From NCBI GenBank assembly GCA_000320545.1, contig ADNK01000781.1, positions 1-43,935 of the forward strand: a stretch of 43,935 nt of DNA, in the 5' to 3' direction. The stretch is from Bigelowiella natans CCMP2755. Taxonomy: Eukaryota > Protista > Cercozoa. Of this stretch, positions 1 through 12,373 are shown one piece after another. Each line of letters begins with the position of its first letter. Position 1 is the first letter of the stretch. Made by a program: the position numbers and the translations under genes. The notes under the pieces were generated by a model, which saw nothing but the letters and a program-made list of their open reading frames with translations, was not told the origin of the DNA and ran no database searches.

Positions 1-263
1 GGAAATCTCGGTAAGAGGGGTGTGTGTGTGTGTGTGTGGATATATAGCATATGGCTTATGATGTAAATAAATGTATATTAGATTCAGGAAAGAAAGCCAT
101 AGCAGCAGAAGGTGCTTTTCATTTTCAAGCGAATGAAGAACAATCGATTTTAATGGTGGAAAATGATGATGAGGATAACATGAAATGTTCCTATAGTAGG
201 GGCTCCGATTTATGCTGTTACTACTAATGATAATACTACTACTAATAATACTAATAATAATAC

Positions 264-1389
264 TTTGATTTCTTGCAATTGCATGGTTTCGGCTGTGAGG
301 CTGCATGGAGGTAGCAAGGCGTCGGATAGGAATGTAGGAGGGAGAGAGAGGGGGGAGGGGAGGGGATAACCATCATCAACCAAACCAACAAAATCCAGAT
401 GATAATATTCACGTTTCAAAGGTAGAGTTTCAATATGTTGTAGGCAGGCAGGATTCTAACGGAAAGCCGAGAACATCGACACCACATGCCACACGGCAAA
501 CAGCAAAGTGATAATAACCGATATTCCCGCATCATTTCCGCATGATGTACGTTAGGAATCCGATTTCAAGAACACATATTATCACTTCTGGTTCGTCGTT
601 CGTCTCCCCCCCTACTGCATGCACAGCACCGCAAGACCCACCTTCCGAGGATCCTCCTCCCCCTCCTCCTCCTAGCATCATCATTCTTGAGTTGGCTGTT
701 CGACGCGACCCATCCTTCAAAGGATCCAGCAGGGGTAGGGGCAGGAGTGACGTAGCGCCAAAAATGTCTTTGCCACCAAGGTCACTTGTCGCCAAAGATG
801 CTGCTGCTGCTGCTGCTGCTGCTGCTTCCATTGCATTTTGAGGCTGCGACGACGACGACGACGACGATATTGCAGTACCTGCTGCTGCTGTTGTCGTTCT
901 CCCCCTCTTTGTGCTACTGCTGCTGCTGCTACTCCGCGTCGTGACTGCGGGATTGTTGTTATTATTTGTGGTGTTTGTATTACTTGAAGAAGACGACGAC
1001 AGCTGCTGTGGTGATGATGATGATGGTGATGGTGATGCTAGTGGTGGAGACAAGTTCTGCTGCTTTACATCCGAAAAGGAGCCTGTATTACTACTTGTTT
1101 TGTCGTCATAGGTGCTTGTGTTTATCCCCTCTGTTTGCATTGGCGGCGGCGGTGGTGGTGGTGGTGGACCGTCTGTATTGTCCACCACATCCATTCCATA
1201 GATGTTACTGCTGCTGTCGCCTTGCTTTCCACCCCCCATTTTCTGGCTCATTGCAGCTTCCATGGCCTCCTGAGGAGCCAATCAACCCCAAGAGGAAAAA
1301 ACCAGAATAATATATTATTTACGATGTCGCACATGCATACTGATGCTGTTCTTGGTTAGATCATATAAAAACTACTTCTACAATAACTG

Positions 1390-1420
<31 letters not shown>

Positions 1421-4400
1421 CGCCATGCACTCGGAGGCGATTTGCTCGAGCAGTAAGAGGTTTTCTTTCTGTGACCGTCCTCCTCGTTTGGAAGATGATT
1501 CTGATGGCGACGAGGGCGCCCCCTTGTCTCCTCGCTTTGGCTTTAGCTGATCGATGATGATGCGCTTCCAAACCTTCCCGTTTTTCCTGATGAGAGAATT
1601 GAATCATGAGCTCAGAAAAGCTTGACGATGCTATAGCCGTTGAGTGGTAGTAGAATCATCAAAGTCACAGAATCGTATCTGAAAAAGACGTGCAACAATG
1701 CAGCATGCAACGTTACTCGATTAGCTTCGACATAGGCACTTCCTTGTTCGCGGCATGAAGATTATCCTATTATCGGGGCAGACGAGGAGGAGGAGGAGAC
1801 GATGGAGAAGAAGAATTTAGGAAAAATAGTTGGTGGCGGTGGAGAGAAAGATAGAGAGACAACGGAAAACATCGACCAGCTGAATAACTGCATGAAGGCA
1901 TGAATGCCGTCTCGCTGATCGCTATTGATCATCACCAGAGTATTATTATTGTTGATATTATTCTTATTGTTATTATGTGCTTGAGCAGCATACCGCCATT
2001 TGTTTGAGCATTATCCTTCCAACGGAGAGCATCTCTCCACGTTCCCCACTCACTTGAATACATATTAAAGCACATATGGGGCGATTGACTCTATCTCGTG
2101 CTTCATTACAAATGTGTGTGGTGCTTTACCCCCCCCCCCCCCATACCCCTACTCCCATCATTCTCTCTTGGTGTCAGTTGTTGTCGCCTTGTTCTTCTTA
2201 CGTCTAGCCTTCTGCAGAGTGTGCCTAAATTTCTGGCTGGCGGACTTATTGCTGCCTCCTATGAGAGATGGAAGCAGAAGAGCATGAAGTACCAGGAATG
2301 TCAATCAATGATGATGAGTCCGCGGAGAGTAGCACTTATTTACTTACTTACTTACTACTGGTGGCATTTGTAGTAGCACAAGGTGGTGGTGTATTAGGTT
2401 GCTCATCAAACAAAGAGATGATGGTGATGATGCCATGGCGCGGCACAATGTGTGATCCAAATGTCCTTTTTTTGTTCAACAATAGAGACACGTACCGGAT
2501 CTCGCTCTTCTCTTCTTTGACGTGGTGCTGAGAGTGCTCCTAGCGTGCTGCAGTCCGTCGTTGGATGGCTTTTCGTTCGCGCTAGCATTCTACGGAAGAA
2601 AGCAATCAGAATAAACGGTGATGATCGAAGATTTGTGCAATGCATTAAATGTTGTTTATGCCGCATGAAAGAATATAGAAAGAAAAAGGACAAGTAAAGG
2701 GAGGGGGGGGTAGACCTGTGGCAATTTAGTTGACGAGGACATATCGTAATTTCCTCCTCCTCCTCTTCCTAAACCTAATTAGTGTAGAGGAGGGGGTGGT
2801 TAGTTGACAGCGGCATCACACTCCTCACTCGGTTTACTGGCAAACCTTCAATCTGGACAAGGCCCCTTGCATTATCAGAATCCAGAGCTGCTCTCAGTGA
2901 TGCTATCGCACCGGCTCCTGGGGAGGAAGATGATAACGATCTGGCATCTGTATTCCCAGATGAGCTCTTGAATGAATTCAGCCCAAGTAGCTAATAAGAT
3001 TAAACTGTTAGATACATTTATACTCGTGTTTGCGAAATATACATATTGATACATTTGCGCTCGAATTTGTGCCAAAATCTAGGATCTTTTCCCTGGCAGA
3101 GGCTCCATTGCCGATCGAAGTTCGCACAGGCCTCTCCAGGTGGTCACCACCGACATTAGGGGTCCGGCAGCCTGCATGGTGAATGGAAGGAATGAGCTAA
3201 GCATGTATTCAGAGTATACTGTTGCGGCATTTACATACCAAGGAGGAGTGAAGACGGTCGTAAACCATTTGGATATCCACCAGTATCAGCCCTTCTTTGC
3301 ACTGATGATCTCGGAGAATCTCGAGTTAGCAGTGGGGATTGCCCTGAGGGTGAGGCCTTCAAAACATAAACAGTATATCAAGCGTGGTTTCTCAGTGGAA
3401 TAAGAATTTCTGTCACCCTATATCCAGAAAATCCTGAAATTGAAGTTGATGGCAACGGTCGCGATAAAGGTGGTCGAAGTCCGGAGCCACTCGCCCTAGG
3501 AACAAGAAGTGCATCATCGTTTCAGATTCATATTTTCTCGGAAGCGTATGATTGGAAAGACCTTGCAATAGGGGATGCTGCGATAGAAGCTTGCCGATTA
3601 GATCCAATTGGCGATAGTCCTTGCCAAATGTCTCCAGGTTGTTTCTCATCGCCAACATACGCAACTCGTGCCGGTGAAGGTCGGGCTAAGCGGTGTGGCG
3701 AGAAATTTTCAAGTTTATAACTCTTCAAAATGCATTCATGGATACGGTTAAAACCTGGGTGTTTTGGAGGCTTGGAAAAAGGTAGCATCACGTAGCACCA
3801 CTTATCTTCTCTCCGAATGTGTTGTCATCGAGATGGTATTATCCTAGGTTCGTGAACAACCACTCTCATTGCATATTTGCAGCATCGCAAATTCGCATTG
3901 TGAATTTAAATAATTTGTAATCAGAAATTTGAAACACGTTAATTTAATTGGATCCGATCATTCGTGAAGCGTTGGCAGGCACGACCAAGTTTAATGTACG
4001 TACCGTCAATGTGGATTAGCACCCATCATTATTCTTACAGAGGAGGTGTAAGATATATATCTACCCACATCACATCAAGAAATTCTTTAAATGTGGCGAT
4101 TTAGATGTACCTGCATGTAATTTAGTGAATATTTCACCATAGTGAGCGCGGTTGATTTGGAGCACAGTAGCCCAGAAGTGATGAATTACGGTGCAAAAGA
4201 CATGCGATTCTTGATCGAACCTAATTTTCATGAAGAATGTAGGACAAACGCGGGAATTCCGAATGCGAAGATCGGATAAGATTATAAAATAGCAATAAGT
4301 TCCTGAGAATATACAAATATCCTTTAATTATCACCAAAAAATCCGAAAAAAGGACATATATTCCAAAATTCTACACGTGAGGAAATCGGATTTCTAAACT

Positions 4401-4590
4401 AGGCTATCTTACGAATTGATGCTCGTATGATTTTCTCTCGTCAAGCGACCTCCTGCGACCTCTTCTCGTTTTCCAATATCTGGTAAGGGTAATTTTGTTA
4501 TGCGACAACAATCTGGAATTTCGGTACCTATTTTTCGATCGTTCCGAGGTTACGTCTTCTCGCTTGAGCTCTTTGTTTCCAACTTTTCGA
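264..4590 (-). CDS. Tesmin/TSO1/LIN54-like CXC (CRC) domain protein, multi-exon, 3' end runs off the window start; 5' end uncertain
   Basis: Phase-consistent GT-AG exon chain (approx. 4110-4220, 3562-3754, 3417-3495, 3239-3355, 3052-3171, 2846-2990, 2716-2774, 2496-2589, 2202-2258, 1994-2052, 1717-1766, 1421-1586, 586-1269, 264-292). It encodes a long Ser/Pro/Gly-rich region with basic NLS-like stretches (KKRRAR). The last visible exon reads PKPCNCKKSK|, the typical start of a CRC domain (KPCNCKKSKCLKLYCECF). Only this first motif is visible. Exons at 4412-4590 could not be joined unambiguously. Confidence 0.55.
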
Positions 4591-5141
4591 TGAAAGACAT
4601 AAATTAGGATTGTCTTTGACATAAAAAGCCATATAATTATGTCTATTTTAGTTATTTTCAGAGGAATTACATGTCTGAAAGGGAAAGGGCTGTGGAGTAG
4701 GCAGCGTATTGGCGATGACCTCCTCCTCCCCTCACCCGCAACTGCAACCCATCTCAAGTATTTCAATAGAATTATCAGTTGTTTGTATTTAATAATGAGG
4801 GGTGCGTATAGAGATTGTTGAAGCACAGCAAACATGAATTGGCAAGTGCACAAATACAGGAGGAAGAAGTGTGTGAGAGAGAGTATTTTGTTCCAGGAGA
4901 TGCAAAGCGGGGGCATTCTTATCACAGCTTCTCAAGAGATCCTGACCTCGAGTATGTTTTGACCTTTTTACCTTCGTTCGCCTTTCGATCTTGTGGCATC
5001 TCCTGCATTAGTGATGTGAGCGTATTGAATGTAGCGATTTTGAGTCTGTGATCTTATAAGCATGACGCTCATACCACGCACCGAATTAGAGCCAATCTGG
5101 ATCTGAGAAATTGGTCTCCTTCATCTGATCTTCCACGTTCA

Positions 5142-5241
5142 ATGTCTCGATCTCTTCTTCCTTCGTCCAACCAGTGAGAAACACTTCCTGTTTCTGAACG
5201 AATCGAACACACCTGCGGATAGAAACGATTACATCTAGAAC

Positions 5242-5277
<36 letters not shown>

Positions 5278-7883
5278 AATGTTTCAGGCCGAGTGATAGT
5301 AGCACAGCCATGCAACTGGTAAGAAACTAGACTCATTTCTTCCCTACTCCGTACGATTTGTTGAGATTGTTTTCATTTTGCCAGGTTAACAGGGTGATAA
5401 TGTCGAGTATAAATAGAAGCTCTACTCCTAGTGATCCAGGCGGCGGCAGCAGCAGCAGCAGCAGCAGGGTAGTACAACATAGCGCCACTATCTGTCGACC
5501 ACATCACACTTCCCTCAATCAGAGATTATATGAGATGCAAAATTGACAAGGATGCACGATGTTATATAAATGTTGTAGAGTCGGGTTCGCGAGCAATACT
5601 TTTGCATGATTTGCAGGAACAACAACTCGGTGGATAAAAGAATTAGTCTAATAACACCTAAAATTACTCAGCGGGCGAGATAAAATGAATGATGCCATAG
5701 AGCACATGGAGCATATTATGCTAATATAACTACAAACACACAAGCGCGAGCGCGCATATAATTTGTGTGTACTGTTTATTACAATGTACTGACGTCGTTT
5801 ATATCGTCATCGTCCTTTGTCATCGATATTTTACGAAGCTCGAAGATGGGTATACACTGAAAAACTGTGGACACACGTTCTGCCGGTATTACTCTTCCGT
5901 ATTGAATACGAGTCATCGAATATACACCTGATACAGCCCACATTTGACACATGCAATTCACCTGGAACTGTAGTAGTTTATAGTCTTTACGAAGATGGTT
6001 CTTCTATCGGTGTAAGATAAAAGTGTGGGTGGTTGTTGTTCATCCAGGACGTGTTTCAAGCAGTACCTCAGCTTAAAGGTATCTGATGGAAAAGTACACC
6101 CGACATGCTTCTACGATCCTAAGGTCAGTCAACAGAGGAAGAATGGATGATCTTCTTCTTCTTCTTCTTCTTCTTCTTCTTCTTCTTCAACTTTGGATCA
6201 TCATGGTTTCGGAATTAGAACAATGATGATGATGATGATGACACCGGTGCTATTGCTGTGTTCCCACACAACGGAAAAGCGTGTTATCGTGGGATAATAA
6301 TACATAACAAGCATCCTGCGACAAGCAGAGAGCTTGAGGAGCATTATTGACTACTACTGCTACTACTATTACTACTGCTGCTATTTCTACAATGATATAT
6401 TTTCTTCTACCGCGTAATATCCAAAACAGAGCGGCAGAAGAACGTCGTCGTCATCATCATCATCTCGTCATTGTCCCCCTGTTTGTATGCAGTTGTTGCG
6501 CTCATTCATCACTAATCCATGCACTACAATTTTAATTATATTGTGCAGGTACTGGACCGCAAGGGCACTCTATGTACGACGACACATCAACCATACACGC
6601 AATCGTCGATAGGAGATATAACTCATAATTATAACATCAAGTTTCTTGCCATAGTCCTTGCTACGCTAGCAACAAATATTATGTTCATTATTCGCTCCCT
6701 CCTCCTCCTCTTCTTCTTTTCTTCATGCTCCCTCATTGATTTTGCCTCCTCCTCCTCCTCCTCCTCCTCCTCCTCCTCCTTAGGCAACGTGGAGGTGGCA
6801 GCAAGTGATATCAAAGCTTTGCTCGGACCATCGGAGATTAAGAAGTAACTCGCATGAACGAAATTAGGAGGGAGGGAGAAGGCCCCCACTCTCTATCTTT
6901 CGCCATTCCCATCGATTAGGCTCCCCCACCGTTCGAAAGAAATGATACATTAATATAAACATGTAAATGATACATTAATATATAAACATATTCCTCTCCA
7001 TCGTTCTTCTCCTTCAGGTATGAGCGATTTCTCCGAAGAGACCGCAATTCTAATATGCGTGACTGCCCAAAGGTAGTATAGTAAGTAGTAGATGTTTACT
7101 GTGTTGTGGTGGTGATGATGGGGATGTGGCACGATTAAATGGTATAATTCTACTCACTCATACTACCAGTACCTGGCTCATATCTAATGAAGATAACTGC
7201 TTTATATTGTCGTCGTCATCATCATCGTACACCGTCAATATAGCAGTAGATGCTGATTACACGACGAAACGTGATCGATAAGTAGTTGTGTGTGCTGCAT
7301 ATTATCATTCACCTGCTGGTAGATCTACCACCCGAACTAATAAATAATAATCTTGCTAAACAACAGTGCAATAAAGACCAAGCAGGGGACCCCGCACAGC
7401 CGTGGATGACTTGTCAAAAGGTAGTATGCAGTACAAAGAAAGATTGATCGTAGCAGTAGCAGTAGCAGCAGCAGTAACAGTAGAGTTTGGAAATTTGAGA
7501 CGACGATCGGTGTTGTTTAGCATGGCTGCCAAATTCTTCGTCGTATGTATATGTTATATCGACGATGCGATTCCCCATTTTACCATCTTTCTTCCTCTCT
7601 TTCAGTGTGGGCATGAATACTGTTTCGTACACGCCAATCTGCATCCGCAAGGTAGTTCTGTTAGGTAGTAGTCCGCTGAGAGTTGTGAACAACGCATTAC
7701 AACCGGGACAGCAACCGTGCATGCAGCGGGTTTCTTAAGCATTGATGGAATTCACCTACTCACCCATCATCATCATCACCACCTCCACAATCACGTAGAT
7801 GTTACATGCAACGAGTACGACGCTAAGATGGCGAAGGTAGTTGTGCTGGCAGGAGTATTTGACGATGGCGTGTGCACGTCGTT

Positions 7884-7924
<41 letters not shown>

Positions 7925-8286
7925 GCGCGCGCGCGCGTGTGAATATGTGCCTGCAGCATCCTATTCTTGAAGAATTTTTATATTGAAGGATAAAGCCTTC
8001 AAATCGAGCGAATCCCTAATTAAGAAAACTGCCAAGAAATGCCCGGGGTATGTTGTAGTGGTAGTAGTAGTAGTAGTAGTAGTAGTAGGAGTAGTAGTAG
8101 TAGTAGTAGTAGGATCAGTATTAGTACTCCTATTGTATGCAGCAGCAGCAGCAGTAGTAGTAACGAATAATCATCAGCACGCAACAAAAATCTTGGTCTC
8201 AACTCAACTGCTACTACCACTTCTATTTGTCGTTGTTGTTTGTTTTTTTTTGGCAGATGCGGAACGTTCATCCACAAGATTAGCGG

Positions 8287-8318
<32 letters not shown>

Positions 8319-8380
8319 GGTGGTGGTAATCGCAACATGACTGGAGGAGCTCACTCTGACACACACACACACACACACAC

Positions 8381-8418
<38 letters not shown>

Positions 8419-8625
8419 GAGAGGGAGAGAGGGGGGGGGATGTTAAGGCTAATGGAGAAGGGAATTGGGTTAGTGAATGTTTCTTGCTTAATCCATCGCC
8501 TTCCACCGCCACTACTACTACTACTACTGCTACTGCTACTGCTACAAGGTGTAATCATATGACCTGCACCGTGTGTCACACTGGGTTCTGCTGGTTGTGT
8601 TTAGAGGTGGTTGTAAAAAGTAGTA

Positions 8626-8662
<37 letters not shown>

Positions 8663-8685
8663 GAGTAGGAGTAGTAGCAGTGACG

Positions 8686-8716
<31 letters not shown>

Positions 8717-8872
8717 AATGATGATAATGATGACACACACACACACACACACACACACATCAATTACTGTTCGAATGATAGAAGCACGCTGAATCTATCA
8801 CCATCATCATCATCATCATCAACAACAACATCTTTTTGCAGTCTTTCTCTTCTCAGCTCTTTCGACATTCTT

Positions 8873-8904
<32 letters not shown>

Positions 8905-8984
8905 ACGTTACCACGCACGCAGGAGATCGGTAATTCCACAATGCCTGCACACTTCGATCCAAAGGTCACCACGTCTTACATTTT

Positions 8985-9033
<49 letters not shown>

Positions 9034-10106
9034 TGTGTGTGTGTGTGCGCGCGCGCACGCTCTATGTTCCTCGTGAATATCGACTCGAAGAAGGCAAAAT
9101 TTTAAGAAGTCTACCATCAACTAATACCTATATTAGGGAGAAAATCCTTGCGCAGGGAGGCAATTTGAAAATGGGTAAGTACATACGATACTACATATCT
9201 CAACAACCATAGTGGTGGTGGCAGAATTTGGAACAAATAATGGTGTGCTAATCTTGAAATCGATTATCTCGAATATTGCCTTAAGACCCTAGACTACTGT
9301 ATCTCTCATGAAAGAGAAGAAGTGTTGTTGTTCAGTAATTCCAAAACTCACACACATGATGCAGCTATTTGTGCTGCGCTCCTCACTACATGTGCGAATC
9401 CGAAAAACCCTTTTGTCTGCTTTTTCGCACTTCCTCTTTCATGATCATCATAATCACGATTAGGGACCAACCACAGCTGCCTCTGCGACTGTGGGAAGTG
9501 CATATGTGTGTTCTTCTGCCGGTAATAAATAACAATGCATCGAGGAAGTAGAGAAATATATGCGTATTCATACAAATATGATGAAGCTTATACTGGGGTT
9601 TCGCTGGCTGCTGTTACAGATGCTCTTGGTGCTGCTTCTCGTGCCACTAGTGTTTCTCCTCGTTGCGTCTTTATCCCTGGTAACACGACGATGCTACTAC
9701 GGCCCCGTCAAGCACTCTGTAGCTGGCGTGTGTGTACTTAGAAATATTATGTACACTACGCAGCAGCAGCTAGTATTAGCTTAATCAACACGCTGTCAGT
9801 TTATAGCAAGCCGTTCGATTCTTTCACCTTGAGATTGCTGCGTAGTAATATACTCGATGTACTTGTTATACTGCAGGTGTTCTGTCTCTCCCTGTGCTTT
9901 CTTGCTCTCTGTGGAAGGGTAACATGAGAGGATGATGGTGTATGCATGGTTGTCTAGCTAGCTACTGCATCCGGTGCTCACTGCTTGTTCATACTGACGG
10001 CTGCTCTGTTGATGATGCTGCTGTGCGTGCAGGATTGCTGGGAAGCTATCTTCAGGATTGCCGTCGTAACGTTATCGTTTCCAGTACTACTTATTTCAAG
10101 GTAGTG

Positions 10107-10138
<32 letters not shown>

Positions 10139-10590
10139 CAGATGTCTCTTGGTGCAACCCTCAACAAATAAATGCTAGATTGCCTCTACTCGAAGATCAA
10201 AGCTACCTTTTAGGACAATTGGCTGCCCTTGTTTTGTCATCAACGTCGTCATGTCATCAATGTCGTCATCACTTGTTACGTTGATGGAGTGTTGTCTCTC
10301 ACTGATATGATCTTTTGCTGCGTACATTACTTCTACTACTACTACTACTACTACTACTACTATCTCAGTCCCTTCTGGCTGCCATGTGTGCTATATATTC
10401 AATGCATAGTCGCAAGACGCAATAGGTTGCTCGTTCGTCAAAATCCTATCTAACCATCGTTTGATGCCTTTGTCCTCCTCCACACTCTATGTTACGTCTC
10501 ACACTACAATCATGATCGCCTTTTTTTAGAGTCGCTGAGGACATAGGAGACGACAACAACGTTCCGTTTTTCGAACCAGGATTTGTATAG
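5142..10590 (+). CDS. RBR (RING1-IBR-RING2) E3 ubiquitin ligase with C-terminal hydrophobic/transmembrane segments, RNF144/RNF19-like architecture
   Basis: About 20 phase-consistent exons. RING1: YFCMICRNNNS|LEDGYTLKNCGHTFCR|TCFKQYL..HPTCF (5579-5629, 5839-5885, 6048-6123). IBR: RDCPK|CNK..WMTCQK|CGHEYCFVHANLHPQ|DVTC (7018-7836). RING2: KKCPG|CGTFIHKISG|CNHMTCTVCHTGFCWLCLE (7989-8606), with the catalytic Cys in GCNHMTC. Hydrophobic exons at 9620-10426; stop TAG at 10588-10590. The start at 5142 is tentative. Confidence 0.9.
7887..9060. repeat. Representative cluster of intronic microsatellites ((GT)n, (GTA)n, (GAT)n, (AC)n, (AG)n, (TTC)n, (TA)n); similar tracts fill introns across the window
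   Basis: Directly visible simple repeats lying between the RBR exons. Confidence 0.95.
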
Positions 10591-10759
10591 CTTGGTGAGA
10601 TCCAAACGGAAATTGTTTTTTTAAAAAGAATTATATAGAGATTTATAGAATGCTCGCTACATTTAGAGTAGTCGCATTATAAACAACATTCTAATATTAG
10701 TTGGTAAAAATAAGATTTAAAATAAAAACCGGAAGTGTCCGGCATGATCCCGTTATCAC

Positions 10760-11940
10760 GGCTTCTAGCTGCGGTTGTCGCTATCTAGTAGTCATTTATT
10801 TCGGATGCAAATAACATGTATATATCCTAGTTCTAGTAGTGTTCTCATCCGACGACGGGTACAATATCTCATTCTATAAGAGTGCGTCGTAAAATTGTCA
10901 GCTTTAGGTTCTCTGCATGAGGAGCCATATCTGCACGAGGAAATTGTAACAAATCGCATGTAAAAAATAATGATTGTTTAGTAATAAATGCATGTTAACC
11001 ATAGCATGCGATGTTTGCTGAATATCTAATCACAATGTTTTGCAAGAACTTGAAGTCGATATTTAAATTTAAGATTAAATGCTAAAAAGCATAAACGCCA
11101 AAGCATCGTATGTAGCGCTACAGCAATTAACGCATGCGCGGCTGTCCAGATGTGTTGCTTCCGCGGTACCTTGCTAGCTTGGTCATGCTAGCATGAGCCC
11201 GACTAGCCGAGTCGAATGTACAAATCTAGCACAGATGGTTAGTTCTAGCATGCATTTAGTTCATGCTAGTATCTACTAACTACTAAGCGATGCGAGCGAC
11301 TGACGATCAAGCCGGCCAGCATACATGTGTAGAGTAGAAAAACTTGTCGTTGATATGTCTGTTGCCTCGCCAAGTCTTATATTTCAATCGCGTAAGCATG
11401 TACTGCTAGACTGCTCCACAAGACGTAGCTCATATATGAGCTATAACACGTAGCGCAAAAACAGAATGTCTTTGATGCAAGCAGCATGGCAGCTCGACTC
11501 GTATGCTAGTATGGCTTAGTCGATTGCCATTTACCCTTTGGTGCCATGCATATGCGCACTCTATAGCTATGCTACTACATCGGCTATATACGGCTAGACA
11601 CGTGTCCAGATCGACATCTAGACGTCATTTAGTAGCAGATGGGATAGTACGATCGCGAGGCGAGAAGAATGAACAAAGTCTAGACGCTGAAATAAGACAT
11701 AATTCTCACCACATGCTGTACGTGAGCAGCGCTTATGATCGAGTGCAGGGGATGTCTTATTAATGAGCATTTATTTTCTTGCTACAACATCCTAGTCACA
11801 TACAAATATATGCACGTTATAACGTATGCGTTTGTGTCATCGCATGCTGCTATAACATGCATATCACTTGTTCGAGCTTATGATTTTAGAGGAGTCCTAT
11901 CATCTGGCATTCAGAGCTAACCACTTGCACGGTTGTAGCA
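10760..11940. other. Non-coding island dense in short palindromes (CTAG, CATG, GCATGC, AGCT) between convergent genes
   Basis: About 16 CTAG counted by eye in about 1.2 kb. Perfect palindrome tcatgctagcatga at 11183-11196; inverted pair ctagcatg (11245) / catgctag (11262). No credible exon. Confidence 0.7.
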
Positions 11941-11957
11941 TATACCTCTACCGCTAA

Positions 11958-12310
11958 TCATCGATAATACCCTCGCCCTCCTGTTTGGAATTAAACACAG
12001 GACAAAATAAGAAACTTTCTCACTGGCTTGGCTAGACGGTGGGAATAAAGAAAGTGATTGGCATATGTAGAAAGTACACGCTGACACATATCAAAAGACG
12101 AGAAAGAGAGGAAATGAGGCAGGGGGAGGATGATCATCTGAATGCGCATGCATGTGTGGACTATGATGTCGTGCCGACTTGGAACATTGGTTCCTCCTCC
12201 TCCTCCTCCTCCTCTTCCCCGTCCCATTAGCATAGCCGCGTGGTGTGAAGGAGGCGGCGGCCCAATCATCGAAGGCTGCAGCATCCTGAACAACAAAGAT
12301 GTCACGTGAG

Positions 12311-12373
<63 letters not shown>

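Noticed and set aside
1-227. Possible plus-strand terminal exons (GNL|DSGKKAIAAEG..CCYY*) with a GTAAG donor at 11
   Set aside because: It would lie antisense inside the intron following the CXC exon of the minus-strand gene; it has no recognisable motif and too little context.
2829-2920. GAGAIASLRAAL resembling an alpha/beta-hydrolase nucleophile elbow
   Set aside because: The upstream context is a Ser-rich disordered stretch, not GxSxG in a beta-strand.
5086-5213. Minus-strand exon-like stretch CVRFVQKQEVFLTGWTKEEE..PDWL*
   Set aside because: It is antisense to the phase-consistent first RBR exon, and no upstream minus-strand exons were found.
7717-9105. Numerous ORF-track entries with poly-V/S/Y/H/CV runs (also throughout the window)
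   Set aside because: They are translations of intronic microsatellites, not genes.
11503-11920. ORFs within the palindrome island; possible transposon relic
   Set aside because: Short ORFs with no transposase, RT or integrase motifs; no terminal repeats or target-site duplication seen.
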